A DNA stretch of 61,582 bases, the filler included, from Choristocarpus tenellus KU-1152 (Eukaryota; Protista; Phaeophyceae): the NCBI GenBank assembly GCA_964200185.2. It is 8 parts of 8 records of this genome, joined end to end, with 100 filler letters (N's around TTAATTAATTAA, not from the genome) between each part and the next. Parts side by side here need not be neighbours in the genome. Positions count along the whole stretch, not along the records: positions 1 to 17,408 come from CAXNAD020000676.1; positions 17,509 to 20,214 come from CAXNAD020025456.1; positions 20,315 to 26,029 come from CAXNAD020009927.1; 5 more parts are not named here. One strand, 5' to 3'. The notes beneath the pieces were generated by a model. The model was given only the letters and a program-made list of their open reading frames with translations, did not search any database and was not told where the DNA came from. Shown here piece after piece: positions 12,701 through 26,000 of this stretch. The first letter of the stretch is position 1, and each line of letters starts with the position of its first letter. The position numbers were made by a program, and so were the translations under genes.

Positions 12701-15700
12701 CGATCCTGCCTCAATGTGGTGGCCTCTGAGAAGGGGTTGGTGGTTGGTCGAGTCACCTTTGTTGAAGACGGTGAAGAGCTGCGTGTTTTTTTTTTACATT
12801 TTTTCATGTTGCACACTCACATTTATGTGTAAGTTTATATTAATAGGTTTATGCATTAGTTGTGTCAAAAAGGAGATGTTTGTGGACTTTTTTCAAACAG
12901 CAGTGCTTATTTAGACCAATAGGAAGCAGGATACGTTCGTCAAGAAATCTCAATATTTTTGTTACTATATGCACAAGAGTGTTCTATTCTTGGTGTTGCC
13001 ATGTCTGGGGGGCAATGCAATATGCTGTGTGTGTTCCAAACTGAATCTATTGTCATGCTGTCAACAAAAACAAAAAATGCCCTCTGCCATCAGCATGCAT
13101 CCCCAATTGACTACTTCTGCCTCCGTCACTGCTAGCAGCAATGACAACTCTCTTAATCCTTGGTGAGACACGACCAGCTGCTCAAAAAATATGAACTACT
13201 GTACTCCTTTGTGCTCGCCTTTGCTGCCATTTCATAGTTGATGATATGCTAGCAGCTTAACCTTCTTTAATCTCCCACTGAAAGTTAAGAATAAGGCATT
13301 GCTGCACAATGCTTTCCCTCTCTCTGAGTTACAGCACTGGCTCCACAGGACATGTTTGTACAAAGTAATGTCACCTAAATGAAGATTACATGTCTATCAC
13401 CCAACCACTACACCAATCCCTGAACATCTTATTTTGTTGGCATGTCCCACTTCTGCTATCGCTTCCCAATACAATGCAGGTGACTTGATCGACTGCACAC
13501 GCATGGGAGTTGGGGGGAAAGCCATTCCGCCCTACATTGACAAGATCGCAGACATCCAGTAAGAGGTTTTAGATCCCCGTCGATAACCATCCCAGACATG
13601 TGCCACATCCCCTCTTTGCATGAGCAAATTGAAGACTGATAATATTTTCAACAACTCAACAATGTTGGCAAAAAGGAATGAAGTTTGAATATATTTAGCT
13701 GATTGTTTGTCCTCTGTAGGAGTGATACCAATATGTAGTTGTGCCACCAGAGATGTACGAGAGGTGTGTTGTAGTGTAACTTTCAATGTTCTATACAAGT
13801 CATGGAGTACTGATAAGGATTTTTATGATGGGAGGAAACTAGGAAGGCTTGGGGAGATAGGAGTTGCGATAGTACTAGGTAGTTCTCCAAGTATATTTCT
13901 AAATTATTTGATCAATAGAGGTCTATTGTTTGAACAGTGCTTGTAAAGTCTGCACCAGAAATGTTGGAGCACAGTCAGACTGCGCTAAATTTCTATAGAT
14001 GGAGCTGATTTAAAACCATTTGTAGACCTTCGAAATTTGAAATAAATACTGGCATGAGCACTATGGAATGATCTATAAGGGGTTCCCTGTGCAATGCTTT
14101 AAGTAGAAATTCGGCATGAAGCTCATATGTTGTTGGATTTGTTACCAGGACCTCCCTTCTCCTTGCCCCAAAGGAGTGATGCAGACTTTATCCTCCTGGT
14201 GGAGAAGGAAGCTGCATACATGCGTATGGCTGAAGACAGGTTTTACCAGAAGTATCCATGCATTGTTATCACTGCCAAGGGACAGCCGGTAAGTCAATCA
14301 GGCGATAGAAGGACTGGCAATGCCCCTCACCTTACTTTCCATTCTATGTGCTACTTCCTGATTCCAGTTCGCTGTTGTTCACAATGCTCTTGAGTACAGT
14401 TGGTGCTGTGTGGTTATTGGATACAGGAGGTATTCATTCATCTTTGCTACAGAAATACAAGCATTTTGATAGGTAGTGTCTATGTGTTGCATGTGGCTAA
14501 CATTCAAGATAAACTGGGAGAAGAACACAACAGATTCTTGAAAGATTGCACTTGATCTAGGCGTTTCTATTGGCCATCTGATCAAGAGAATAGATACTGC
14601 CAGTCAAACACAACCCACAACCTATTTCCATGTTCTTGCCCCACACCGCTAACCTGCTCAAGGATGTGGCAACCCGCCTCTTCCTCAAGCGCCTCAAGCG
14701 AGAGCTGAACATTCCTGTCCTAGGCCTTGTGGACAGTGACCCTTATGGCCTCAAGATCCTGTCAGTATACATGAGTGGTATGTACACATAACGGAGGTGG
14801 CGCCTTATATTTTCCTCCCTATTTCAAGTGTGCTTCCATCCCATTGAAGGATTCCCTTGGTCCTGTATATTTTTTCCACTGTGTTTTCAAGTGCAGCATA
14901 TTGTCCAAGATCTTGATTTTGTGGATACAGGTTGACAAATGTCATGCATAAGTCCATTTACTGTGCTGGTGGATCATGTCAAGATAGTGCATCTATTTTA
15001 GTGGGAGTTCCGTTGAATTTGACATTAGATGAGAGAACTGGCCTCTCACAAGACCCTTGCAGACTGTCTCAGAGCCACGGTGCTTGCCCTTGCTGTGAGT
15101 TGCAAGAACTGAGAACATGTCGATTCGATGCAGCAATAGTAGCATCACTGTGAGACCTGCCCCCTGAGAGAAGGACAACTCGAGTCAACAATGTGCGTGT
15201 GATCCCCATCAGAGGTTTTTGATCCGTAAATTTAAACTATACTGTTATTGCCTTGATTTAAGCGAAACAGGGCAATATGAGGGATTATCTGTACACCATC
15301 CGTATGGTCAACACTACTCGCTAATAGGTTTTATTTTGAAACAGATTAGGATGTAAGCCAACCAATGCAGATTGCTCACTTCTTCCTTCATCCTTCCTTC
15401 CTTCTGCTGGGACCGTTGGACTCATATCTTCAATACTTGCTTGGACAGAGTGCTATGCCTTCACCTATTTGTGGTGATACAGAGAACTTTGAATGAAAGG
15501 AGGTTAACTGACTATACCACAAGGAAGTCATTGTTGTCCAAATACTCCAAAGTATATGGCTGGAGTCTGTTTAGTAGGTCCTGTGTTGCGGCTGGTCTTC
15601 CTTTTGTCTTTATTAGAGGCAGTACATGTTAATATAGAGTTGGCTAGGTTTTTCTTTAATTGAACTCGGTCTATACCCCCCCAATCAACTATCCTTTTTT

Positions 15701-16631
15701 TTCTCGTAAAGCAGTTCTAGGTTTTATAGATCGCATCTGATTAGCCTCGATTACATTAGTCAATAATATTGGGAAAATTCGGAATTATTTATTATCCAAC
15801 TGTTCATTATGCAGGACAAAACCGTGTGTGCACATTTTTTTGGCGCACAATGGTCATTTATTGATATTTCATGGTTTGGCTGTAACTATTTCTACAAGAA
15901 GAGTGAAACAGAAGGGGAGCTAGCCCTGTTTTTTTTCACTTTCTATGGGGTCCCTTGTCAGCCAGAGGTATTGTGGCCTCACTGCGCAGAGGTTTGCGCT
16001 AGGGCCCAAGGGTTCAACCAGGGAATCAGTGTTAACTGGTGAGTTTTCAACATATCAGAATATCACTATTTCAAACCCAAGTCAGTTCATTTGCTAATTG
16101 AAGCTTATCAGCGTTTTATGATGTTCCATAGCAGATATTGAATACCTGGAACTTAAGAGGTTGTAGTGTTCATGGTGATCAGTATGGTTGAATTTACTAA
16201 AGAATTGTCGGCTCAATATTGAATGTTTAAATTAGTCGATTATTTTTCCATGCACAATAGTGCGGCACACTCTGTTAGAACAATTCTCATTGTATCTTCC
16301 TTTGTACAATGTGCATACCTCTTGATCTTATCACCGCATTAAAAAGATGACCTGATTTTGTTAATACTCACAAAACCTTGCGAATGACAACTCAATAGTC
16401 AAACCTCTGTGGCAACTTTCTCTCCAAATTTCCCCTGATCCTCCACTGGCGCAAATGTTGTGCTGACCTGCAGGATCCAAGAATATGTCCTACGATAGTG
16501 CCAGCCTCACTACCCCAGACATCAAGTGGCTAGGTGTGCGCCCATCAGACCTGGATCGCTACTCTATCCCAGAGCAATGCCGTCTAGACATGACCGAACA
16601 TGACATCAAGACAGGAAAGGAGTTACTGCAG
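6705..16631 (+). CDS. TOP6A: DNA topoisomerase VI subunit A (SPO11-3/TOP6A); final exon(s) not found before the gap at 17409
   Basis: Exons 6705-6788 (least certain), 7603-9096, 9741-9908, 10880-10960, 12578-12770, 13480-13558, 14174-14288, 14663-14777, 16474-16631, all phase-compatible. Motifs: [16 protein letters not shown] (SPO11-3 type), HITKRDMFY (catalytic Tyr), [50 protein letters not shown] (TOPRIM DxD), [11 protein letters not shown]. Confidence 0.95.
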
Positions 16632-17342
16632 GTACGTGGATGGTGATGAAAATGGTAACTATCGTAGTGTCTGTTTTTTTGTGATGGTTATTGAAGAGGC
16701 GGAGGGCCCACCAGCTATAGGGGTTCATACTTCTTTGCACCTATGGTTTTTATGTTTGTGATAATGATACTGGAGGTAAAGTTCAGTATCTATACACAAG
16801 AATTCTGATTGTGATGATAGAAAGAATTTTGAAATGTTTTCGGAGGTATGGAGGGTACGCATGCAAACTAACAGTGACATCAAAGGGATGATTCCTACAT
16901 TTAACGTATCTGCTACCCCCCCAATAATAGATTATACTTTTTTGTTTTTTTACTCTTGATATCACAGAAAATCTGATAAGTGGTGGGGTAAACCAAGCAC
17001 TTTAAGTTGTCGTGAAAGACGCTGACCAGACGTCTTGAGCAAGCACTCTGATAGGAGTATGTCTTAGGATTTGGGATCGAATATTTCCTACCTGAAGTAA
17101 TTCACTACTGCTGATCTCGTTGCTCACATCAGCGCAATTAGATAGCAAGGAACTCTCGGGTGTTGGTCTGTAGTGCTGCCCAGGGTTTGGAATGCAACTG
17201 TTTTGTGTGCAAGACCAAGAGTATTAAAGTGCGTTTGTGTGCATGTATTTACTTTGATCCAATGTGGACGATTGAATAATACCATTATACTACACTTGGA
17301 AGAAATGATCCTTCTATTCTGTATTATTTACCCCTGATATTT

Positions 17343-17408
17343 AACATGTTAAGCTGTCCTTAACGATCTGTTATCCCACACAACCAGTTATATTATTGTT
17401 TATTAGCT
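17343..17408 (+). repeat. Dispersed ~65-bp repeat, second copy at ~21761-21828
   Basis: atgttaagctgtccttaacgatctgttatcccacacaaccagttatattattgtttattagct is nearly identical to the 21766-21828 sequence. The first copy runs into a gap. Confidence 0.75.
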
Positions 17409-17508
17409 NNNNNNNNNNNNNNNNNNNNNNNNNNNNNNNNNNNNNNNNNNNNTTAATTAATTAANNNNNNNNNNNNNNNNNNNNNNNNNNNNNNNNNNNN
17501 NNNNNNNN
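17409..17508. other. Artificial contig linker (N44-ttaattaattaa-N44); the same linker occurs at 20215-20314, 26030-26129, 35248-35347, 43752-43851, 51240-51339 and 58974-59073
   Basis: Identical 100-bp pads with a six-frame-stop core. Genes are truncated at these joins. Confidence 0.97.
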
Positions 17509-18601
17509 GGGGGGGGAAGGGAACACTCTTACATTAAAATGTGGGACTCAGTTGTACCCTAATTATTTTACCCTAATTGTGTATCACCCACATTCAGTAC
17601 TGAATACCTCTCTTCTTATACAAACAACTGTTCCAACAAAATAAAATAAAAATTCTTCAAAGTTCGGCACCATGTGAAAAATTCTGTTCACCCTCTCACA
17701 AGGCTCACATTACATACATACATACTATCACATGACATATCACTAGCATTAACAGATGGAAAAACTTTACTTACAGATAGCATATAGTGAGAGTAGTTGT
17801 AATAGCATTACTTACATAATAGCATATAATAGTACTGCTCAATGAATATCTGATTCAATCTACGTGAATAAAAAAAAAAAACAGGCAACCCTATCGCAAC
17901 ACCATCTATTCTAACACATCTTACAACATATCTTACACACACACAGCAAATCAAAACAATTGTACCCCATATCTGACGAATGATCAGACTTGAAAAGGTA
18001 CTTGATATCGGAACTATTGCGAAAATGTTATTATTAATATTAACAGTAATATTATTAATATTAATAGTAACATTGTTATTATTAACAGTAATTTTTACAT
18101 TTTCCCAAGCCCCCAGTTGTCACCAACTGGCACAATCAGGAAATATATTTATTATTTTTTTTATCAATATTATTTTTTTATCACCCCACTCTACTAATGC
18201 ATTGATGAGAGCACATCAAATAATAATAATAATAAAAATATACACTTTAAACACTATATTATTTTTATATAGACCTAATACAACTACGAAAGCTAGTACT
18301 CCAAGTACTTCTCATCAAAATAAATAAAAAGTCAAACCTGATTTTACTTTATTTTTCTTAACAATTTCTGTTCTATACCTCTCTTGTTTACTGTATCACA
18401 ATAAATTAAAATAACAAAATTATTATATAAAAATAAAAAAGGAGTAGATAGTCTATTCAGATTTTCAATCACATTGGTATAATACTATTGGTTCAGTTGA
18501 CTGTACGGTATATCGGTTTTTTATGACTTCAAAAAATAAAAACATAATGTTGGTAAATAAAAATATTTTCATACCACTCACAGTAAACACACAACAAATA
18601 C

Positions 18602-18653
18602 CGCCTCTGATGTGGAAACCAGGAAGTCCCACTTCAACCAGTGGGCTAGCTGC
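18602..18653 (-). other. Possible isolated 52-bp exon of an unidentified gene
   Basis: GC-richer island in AT-rich DNA, bounded by tttcgcag| and |gtattt on the minus strand. Open frames read QLAHWLKWDFLVSTSEA or AASPLVEVGLPGFHIRG. No family recognised. Confidence 0.25.
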
Positions 18654-19000
18654 CTGCGAAATTTTTTCTAATCTATTCTAATCTTGTCCTAATTGTTCAA
18701 TTTTGGAAGGCTTGTTCAAATTCTACAAGTGATAGCCACAACTGTAGATTGAAAGTACATGCTTTTACGTTTTTAAAGAGGGCGGCATTGTACCACCATA
18801 CACTTTTACTATCACTATCACTATCGCTAGAATCAATCAATATCATCAGTATACTAAATGGTATAGTGAATACCAATCAATATCATCATACCATTCAGTG
18901 AATACCAATCAGTGAATACCACAGGATAGCACAAATTAAAATAAGTACATAGGATAGTATTAAAATTAGAACTGACCCAGGCTGCTATTCGCTGCAGTGT

Positions 19001-19088
19001 CCCTAACCCTAACCCTAACCCTGTCAATGCTATCCAGTGATGATTCATATCTCCTGTCAATGCTAACCCTAACCCTAACCCTAACCCT
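19001..19088 (+). repeat. Interstitial telomeric (CCCTAA)n tracts
   Basis: Two tracts of ~3.5-4 units at 19001-19022 and 19063-19088. Further short tracts at 19445, 19911 and 19976. Confidence 0.85.
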
Positions 19089-19444
19089 CTAGTACACACA
19101 CAATGAACAGAACACTCCTGGATTTCCCACTTATTCTGGAGTTTTTTTTTAGACAAAAACAATCCGATTAAGTGGAGCTGTCTGTTAGAACAACCCTTTA
19201 TCCCCACTATAAATGCAACAAGGAGATGACTGAAAGGGGATAAGACATGCCTTCTCAAGGTGGGACAAGACACGCCTTAAAAATTTTTTATCCAATAAAT
19301 ACAGTGCAATCTTGTACTACTCAGGCACCAAACATACAGAAAAAAACAAGCTATACATGCAACCCCCCCCCCCCCCACCCCCCCCCCCCCCCCCCCCCCC
19401 CACCCCCTCTTCTTCACCACTCCCCCCCTCTTGNNNNNNNNNNC

Positions 19445-19991
19445 AACCCTAACCCTAAACAACACCAAGTCAGAACCACAGGAGGTGTTTTCATTAACCA
19501 CTTAGTACACCCTACCCCTCACCCTCTCTCACCTCTGACTCTTATCTAACTGTGCTGGACAAAACGCTCAAGTTTATTTAGGAAACCCATCACATTATGT
19601 ACATACATTGCAATACTTCAAAGTACATTTGAACACACTTCAATAATGTTGGAGACTGTTTTCAAATACTGTTGGTATCTCCAAGTGTGATGGCACTTCA
19701 CTAACAAAGATACCAACAGTCTTTGAAAACAGTCCCCAACACTAAACTAACAATGCCTTAGTACTAAACAGCCAAGATCGATATCACTCCCTTTTCTTCT
19801 TTAAACGTTAACAACACTAAACGTTATACCAGTACCAACAGTATAGCCAACATACTCTCTAAAACTGACTCCATCATGGAAATCAAAAAGCAGTATGAAC
19901 ACCATAAACCAACCCTAACCCTAAACAACACCAATTCAGAACCAAAGGAGTTGTTTTCATTAACCACTTAGTACACCCTAACCCTAACCCT
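19445..19991 (+). repeat. ~80-bp direct repeat pair (19445-19524 and 19911-19991)
   Basis: aaccctaaccctaaacaacaccaa.tcagaacca.aggag.tgttttcattaaccacttagtacacccta in both copies. Confidence 0.85.
19647..19741. repeat. Inverted repeat (34-bp arms, 27-nt loop)
   Basis: tgttggagactgttttcaaatactgttggtatct pairs with agataccaacagtctttgaaaacagtccccaaca, with 2 mismatches. Confidence 0.85.
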
Positions 19992-20444
19992 CAACACAAC
20001 CCTCTTACCACCCCTCTAATGACCTTGCAGTTCAAACTGTCAATAAATAGAATAAATAGAAAGGACTGGAAGGATGCAGTGCACCTCTGTACCCCAAGTA
20101 AAGAGTACATTTTTACATCAACAAATACAACTACATCACATTTTTACATTTTAACCCCAAGTACTTTCAACTCAGAGACATCAACAACAAATCAGACTTC
20201 GGGAGGGGGGGGGGNNNNNNNNNNNNNNNNNNNNNNNNNNNNNNNNNNNNNNNNNNNNTTAATTAATTAANNNNNNNNNNNNNNNNNNNNNNNNNNNNNN
20301 NNNNNNNNNNNNNNGGGGGGGGGGGGGGTGGGGGGGTGGGGGTAGGGGGTGCTCCGACCTGTGGAGTGGGGTGGATGGGATGTGAACTTTGGCCTGGGAT
20401 ATTGTGTGGTGAAAGGAGGAGGATTTGGGATGCAGTGGTATTAT

Positions 20445-21528
20445 TTAGGGGGGGATGAGTCCCCCAGGAGGTGGTCCTCGGCTGGTTAGGGTGGTGTAGG
20501 TGCAATTGAGAAGTGTGGGGATGGGTAAGTGTGTTCCGCAGTAGGGGCATGTGAGAGGGTGGTTGGCATCTTCGCAGAGGCTGACCATGCAGTTGAGATG
20601 GAGCAAGCACCCACAGGGGAGGGTGCCTTGGTCGTCTGGGGGGAGAGGCTCTAGACAGTCAGGGCAGGGAGNNNNNNNNNNGGCTGGGGGGGGGGGGGCC
20701 AAAAAGGAAGGGGAGGGGGGGAAAAGAGGGGGGGGGGGCGGGGGGTTGGGGGCATGGGATGGAGAGTAAGCGGAATGGTGGGATGGCAAAAGGGGTGGAG
20801 GACGATTCCGATGGGTTCGAGCACAGCTTCGGTTCCCACACTCCCCTCCATGGCGGCATAGTGGTGTTCGGGGCTGGTATAGGGGTACAACAGGTGGGGC
20901 ACGGGATGGGATATAGGGGTCTGGCGCGGAGGTATATAGAGCTGAGGCACAGCCCAGATCGAGTGAATGTGTGCAGGAGAAAGGGAGTACTGATCTCGGA
21001 AAAACAGATTGCACAGTGTTCCGGTGTAAGCTGACGTGGTTGTTGGGATGGGTGTGGGTTTGGGTCCCTGGTGGGGGAGTCTGGCCTTCGAAGCCCCGTA
21101 ATATCTCTTATCACCTCCTCTCCTGCCTCCTCCTCCTCGTAGCCATGTAGGGACGGGTCCCTCTCCCTGCTACCATCGCCGTGTGCCTCTACCACATCTC
21201 TGGCTCCATCCCTCCGTGTGCTCGTTCGATTTTCCGTCCGGGCTTTGCCATCCTGCAGAGATGAAACGTGTCTACCCGAAGAGGAGTGGTGTGCTCTGCT
21301 TATGTTCTCCCGTTGACCATGCCTATCTCGTGAGCCGCCATTCCCATCCTCGATCACCTCCACTTCGTCCCCATGTGGACCCATTCCGTTCTCTGTCCAT
21401 CCTTCTCCATTCTGGGAAATCGAGACCTGGGTATCTATTCCCGAAGCTGGGTTAACCCCTCCACTTCTATTTGTTCCTTGCCCTTGCCTGTCTTGTGCAC
21501 CGTCGTTGCCTTCCTTCATCACCTCCAC
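20445..21528 (-). CDS. Intronless low-complexity ORF with two RING-like zinc fingers (possibly TE-derived or decayed)
   Basis: CPDC-x13-CGCLLHLNC-x13-CPYC at 20538-20666 and a degenerate CAIC...LLH...C...CPTC at 20890-21015. The two are separated by a poly-C/N tract, so the frame join is uncertain. Confidence 0.45.
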
Positions 21529-22917
21529 AACCCCATCCCCTCCTCGTACGTATTGTATTGTATTTTGTTTTGCATTTCCATTACTGCACCGTGAAATCTA
21601 TTTTGTGGTAGAAATTTTACCGTACGGTACCATAGCTCTTCCAAAATTCCAGTTCCTGCACTGAAGTGTCAAATCACTACCATGACGAGCCTTGACTATA
21701 TTGCGACTCATTTTATAACAAAACACATACTCCCTCTGTCCCATAAGTCTAGGCTGTTGAAACGTATGTTAAGTTGTCCTTGACGATCTGTTGTCCCACA
21801 CAACCAGTTGAGTTATTGTTTATTAGCTTGTATCACAGTTGAGAAGAGAGCGAGACACCATCACTAGATGAGGCCGACCAAGCGTTAGAGTAAATGACTC
21901 AGAATATAAAATGACTCAACAGTTCTCTAGCACACGTCAGAACCACTCCGACTCTAACGTTCCGCCAATTGCTTCTGGGCAAATACCCCGCCTAAATATC
22001 CTTAATGTCCCGCATCATCGTCTGCGCGTACATAAAATATTACTTCGAATCTTATTTTCAAAAATGATCAAGCATAATCTTTACACAGTCCCCTGCTCTA
22101 ACTATGCAGTGAGAATCAAATCAGTCCAAAGATAAATCCCACCTTCAGATCAACTCAATCTGACCTTTCTAGCCCCAATCCTAACAAGTCCCTCATGCTT
22201 CATTCTTTTTCTCCTTCCAATCGTCCTACCCCCGCCTTGGACCTCTGCACTTTCCCTTTCCCATCCATCTGCCCTGGTCGTAAATCTTGTCCCAACATAC
22301 TGAGTAAGCAAACTGGGTCTTTGAATGTCTGGTGTGTGTGCCTATTGCCTCGTCCACGGCCCCATTCCATAAGGGGCGTTCCTCTGACTTCATTACCAAC
22401 CCCCTCGCATTTCCTGCTACCACACAGGACTTAGCATAACTTTCCTAGCAGCATCTAAACTGGACTCATCCATGGTCCCCCCCAGACCTGGTTCAAGTGT
22501 AGGATCATTTTTGGGATCCACTTTTCGCAATACTTTCTTCCTCACACTCCCCTGCTCTGACAGTGGGTCCTTATTACCACCTGGATCAATAACTGCCAAT
22601 GCCATCCTTGGGGTGGGTCCCTCCCCCCAAACAATCCCCCCTGGGACTTATGCCATTCACTTCAACCAAGATTGCGATGTAGAATATGCTTGATTGATTT
22701 TTCAGCGAATAGTGACTCGTTACATACACAAGGGGGGGGTTGTCCTACCTTCCATAATCATTCTAGCAAGCAATTTCAGAAATTTCCGAGCAATACACTT
22801 CCTAGAACGTTACTTGAACATCACCATATTCTAGGATTCCTATCCATCCCTCATGAATCATTCTAGCCACACCATCGTGCTACACAGATATTTCCTACTT
22901 CATGTATACTAATAGCA

Positions 22918-23027
22918 ACCTGCTCCGAAACATTTTGGAGTAGGAAAATGTCATAAAAAACCTGTGGGAAGCCAAGCCCCAAACGGACAAACAGAGCAAA
23001 CTCGTACCCTCTAAGATACTTTCACTC
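22918..23027 (-). mobile_element. MITE family A, truncated copy
   Basis: Ends in taccctctaagatactttcactc. It is the reverse complement of the first ~110 bp of the 30071 copy. Confidence 0.8.
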
Positions 23028-26000
23028 AACATTGAGTGTGTGCAGTACTACAATGCATGTCCCTACACAAACTAAATATTGCTCACGAAAGCAACAACAC
23101 AGTGTACATCAGATATTTGATCCATACCATATCTTTTGTGTTTGGGGAAGGTTATTTTAGGGGACAACCTCATCAACTTTACTGCACAAAATATTTCAGA
23201 AGTGTGGCCTTTGTGGGGGGTGTTCGAATAGACTCTTCCAACTCGACAGAGATCACTATTAGAATATCTTTGGAGTCAGATATAAGAGTCCTTTGATGTT
23301 AAACCCAGATTTGTCCTTGCATATATGAACGGATGGATAGGGGCTTACTCTAATAAGCGTGGTGACTTAAGACCGTATGGTCACCCCTCTGCTTGGGATT
23401 GATCACTCTATAAAACATTTGGCAATATTCCTGTGTTAGTCTCTTTTACCCATACATAATTCGGGGGATACTTTTAACACAGAGGGGGGTCAGGCAGTGG
23501 ATAAGGTGAAACTAGCATGACAACATATCATTTATTGATGAGATGATACCACTTCTCTCTTCAATCTACCTGTGCACAGTGGTTAGTGAACCTGTGCTTC
23601 ACTTCCTTCTAACTTGTACCAATGTGTGTACAATCCGTACGTACTTTGCTCCTACTCATTTCACATCAAATACTTCTGAGTGCCTCATCAACCCTGCACA
23701 CACTATCAGCAATCGTGATGAATGTCGATTTTTGTTGTCTTCTGAATATGTGATGTGCCTCTAGAGGTTTATTATTTTTATCAGTGATATTGTTTAGTGT
23801 TGACCACGAATGTCGGGGAATAAAACTATGTGTATCAAAATTCATTTTCACATGGATGATTTATATTTGTAATGTAGGCATGTAGTCCCTACATTACCAC
23901 CCAAGGTATATCGTACTAAGCCCCAATATATATATATATATATATATCATTAAGCATGCCAAAAAGTGTGTTCACACTGAGCAATTACTGAACTAAATAC
24001 AAGAACAAACAAGAACTGCAGAGGTGAGTATGCGTAGCATTCCATTTACTAATCTAGTCAGTATGATAAATGTGTGTATGCATATATATATATATATATT
24101 TAATCTTTAGGCTGTGTGTTGTGTTTACTGTGGTGTGTGCTGCGCTGAAGGTGAAGGTAAATGTATGGCATACTTTAATAAAATTAGACATGGTGTATCA
24201 TAGTTTGTCACAACCCCAAACACATGCCCATGCTCACAATCTATTGTGTTCCACTCCATTGTGTATAGAGCATTGTAGATCAGAAGTACCGAACTACAAG
24301 ATATAAAACACTTTGCTAAGTACATGCGTCGTCTGCTGTGTATGTTGCATAAATACCATGCAAAGAATTTTGTGGTGTATACGCATACACGAAATATCTA
24401 TGTGATATGGATGTTGAAGTATGAATGCAGAGATGGACTTCTTGAAATACGGCACATGCTCAATATACATAAGCCACAAAATGCAATCATGAGGCAGATT
24501 ATCATGTACCCATTGTGGAATAGTACTTGGACAAAGCCCTTGTGTATGTTTTGAAGAACAACATGCATGCGGTGCTAACACTTTGGAAAAACTCCCTCAA
24601 AATGAGTTCTTTCCCAAGACATCAAATGCAACCCCAATTTTCAAAATACGTGTTCAAGGTAGTCTGCAAGGGGATTTGTGACACATCAAGGATTCATTCC
24701 AATCCACTCTTTAAAACCCAACTACAGAAGGCATATGCAAAAGTAAGTTTTTCCAAACCTTGGGCCTATGGTTTCAAAACTGCCCAAAAAGTATTTTTTT
24801 ATGTTTTAAAGACCATGGGTTCGGATCACACATCACAAGGTTGTTCGTTTGAAACGTTTTTCTTACAAAACCTACTGGCATATGATTTGAAGAACCGACC
24901 CAAAATGATTTTTTTGGCAAACCAGAGGCCGTTAGTTTGGAGCACACCTCAATGGTTTGCTGAAAAGGTTGTTATACCAACCTGAGGGCCCACTGTTTGA
25001 GAAAGTAGTCCAGTTTTTTTCTCTGATAATGTACGGAGGCATGGGTTTGGAGCACACTTTGGAGTAAACGTTTGACTTGTACAAACCTGTGAGCCTATGG
25101 TTTGAAAAAAAGTCCCAGAAGTGGAGGATCCAGGCAATTACAAATATCTCATTCCTCATTAAATGAGGCTCCTCTTTGACAACATTGGAAAACATCGATG
25201 TAAAAAATGCCTCCAAGATATGGTATCAAAGTGTATTTAGTAGTGGGAAAAGAGCAACGAATCAATGAAGAGTACTCCTAAAACCTTTCGGCTCTGGCTA
25301 TGCCAGTCATCAGTTGGATGGTCATTTGCCTAATGGGGGTGTACACCTCGTCCAATGCGCTTCTCTCGCAATTGGATTATAATCACGTGCATGGAAAAAT
25401 TTCTAGCTGATTTGAAACCCTTCCACTCTTAAATTCTTTTTCCATTCACAACACAAACATTTCTTGATTTTCGGTGTAAATAGTAAGAAACATTTTACTC
25501 AGTATTATACTATTTTGCCCTCTTGACGTTTTGTAGACGTGTCAGGGAAAAGGCCACAAGCCGATATCACAAGGATCTCCCAAAATATTTACAAGTAAGA
25601 GTTGTCGTAAACGTAAGATATCTCTCTAATTTTTTTTTACTCTCTAAAATCATTTCGTTATTAGAAAACCACCTATTCTTCCAAACACTCCCTTCAAGCT
25701 TGGAAATTATATTACTGTGACATCTAACATTTTGCTTATGTGTGAGGGGAAGCGACAATTCAAAATAATAAGAACCCCTACATATAAGAGTAACAGTTGT
25801 CATAAATGTGAAAAATATCTCTCCAAAATCTGTTTCCCATTTTAGCGTGTACTGTATTGTTGCGTCGAATTCTAAACATACCGTATGAGTCATACGTTAC
25901 CACCCACTAAACTGCAACCCGACTTAACGCGCTTTTGATTATGGTGACCAAAAATATATTCAGAAAGGAGGAGGGGATGGGATTACGGAGGTGAGGGAGG

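Noticed and set aside
6705-16631. Meiotic SPO11-1/SPO11-2 assignment
   Set aside because: The PELDRI, HITKRD.FY and KGQPDVATR motifs fit the TOP6A/SPO11-3 clade better.
22200-25900. Short ORFs and weak internal repeats, possibly old TE remains
   Set aside because: I could not recognise any protein motif or element termini.
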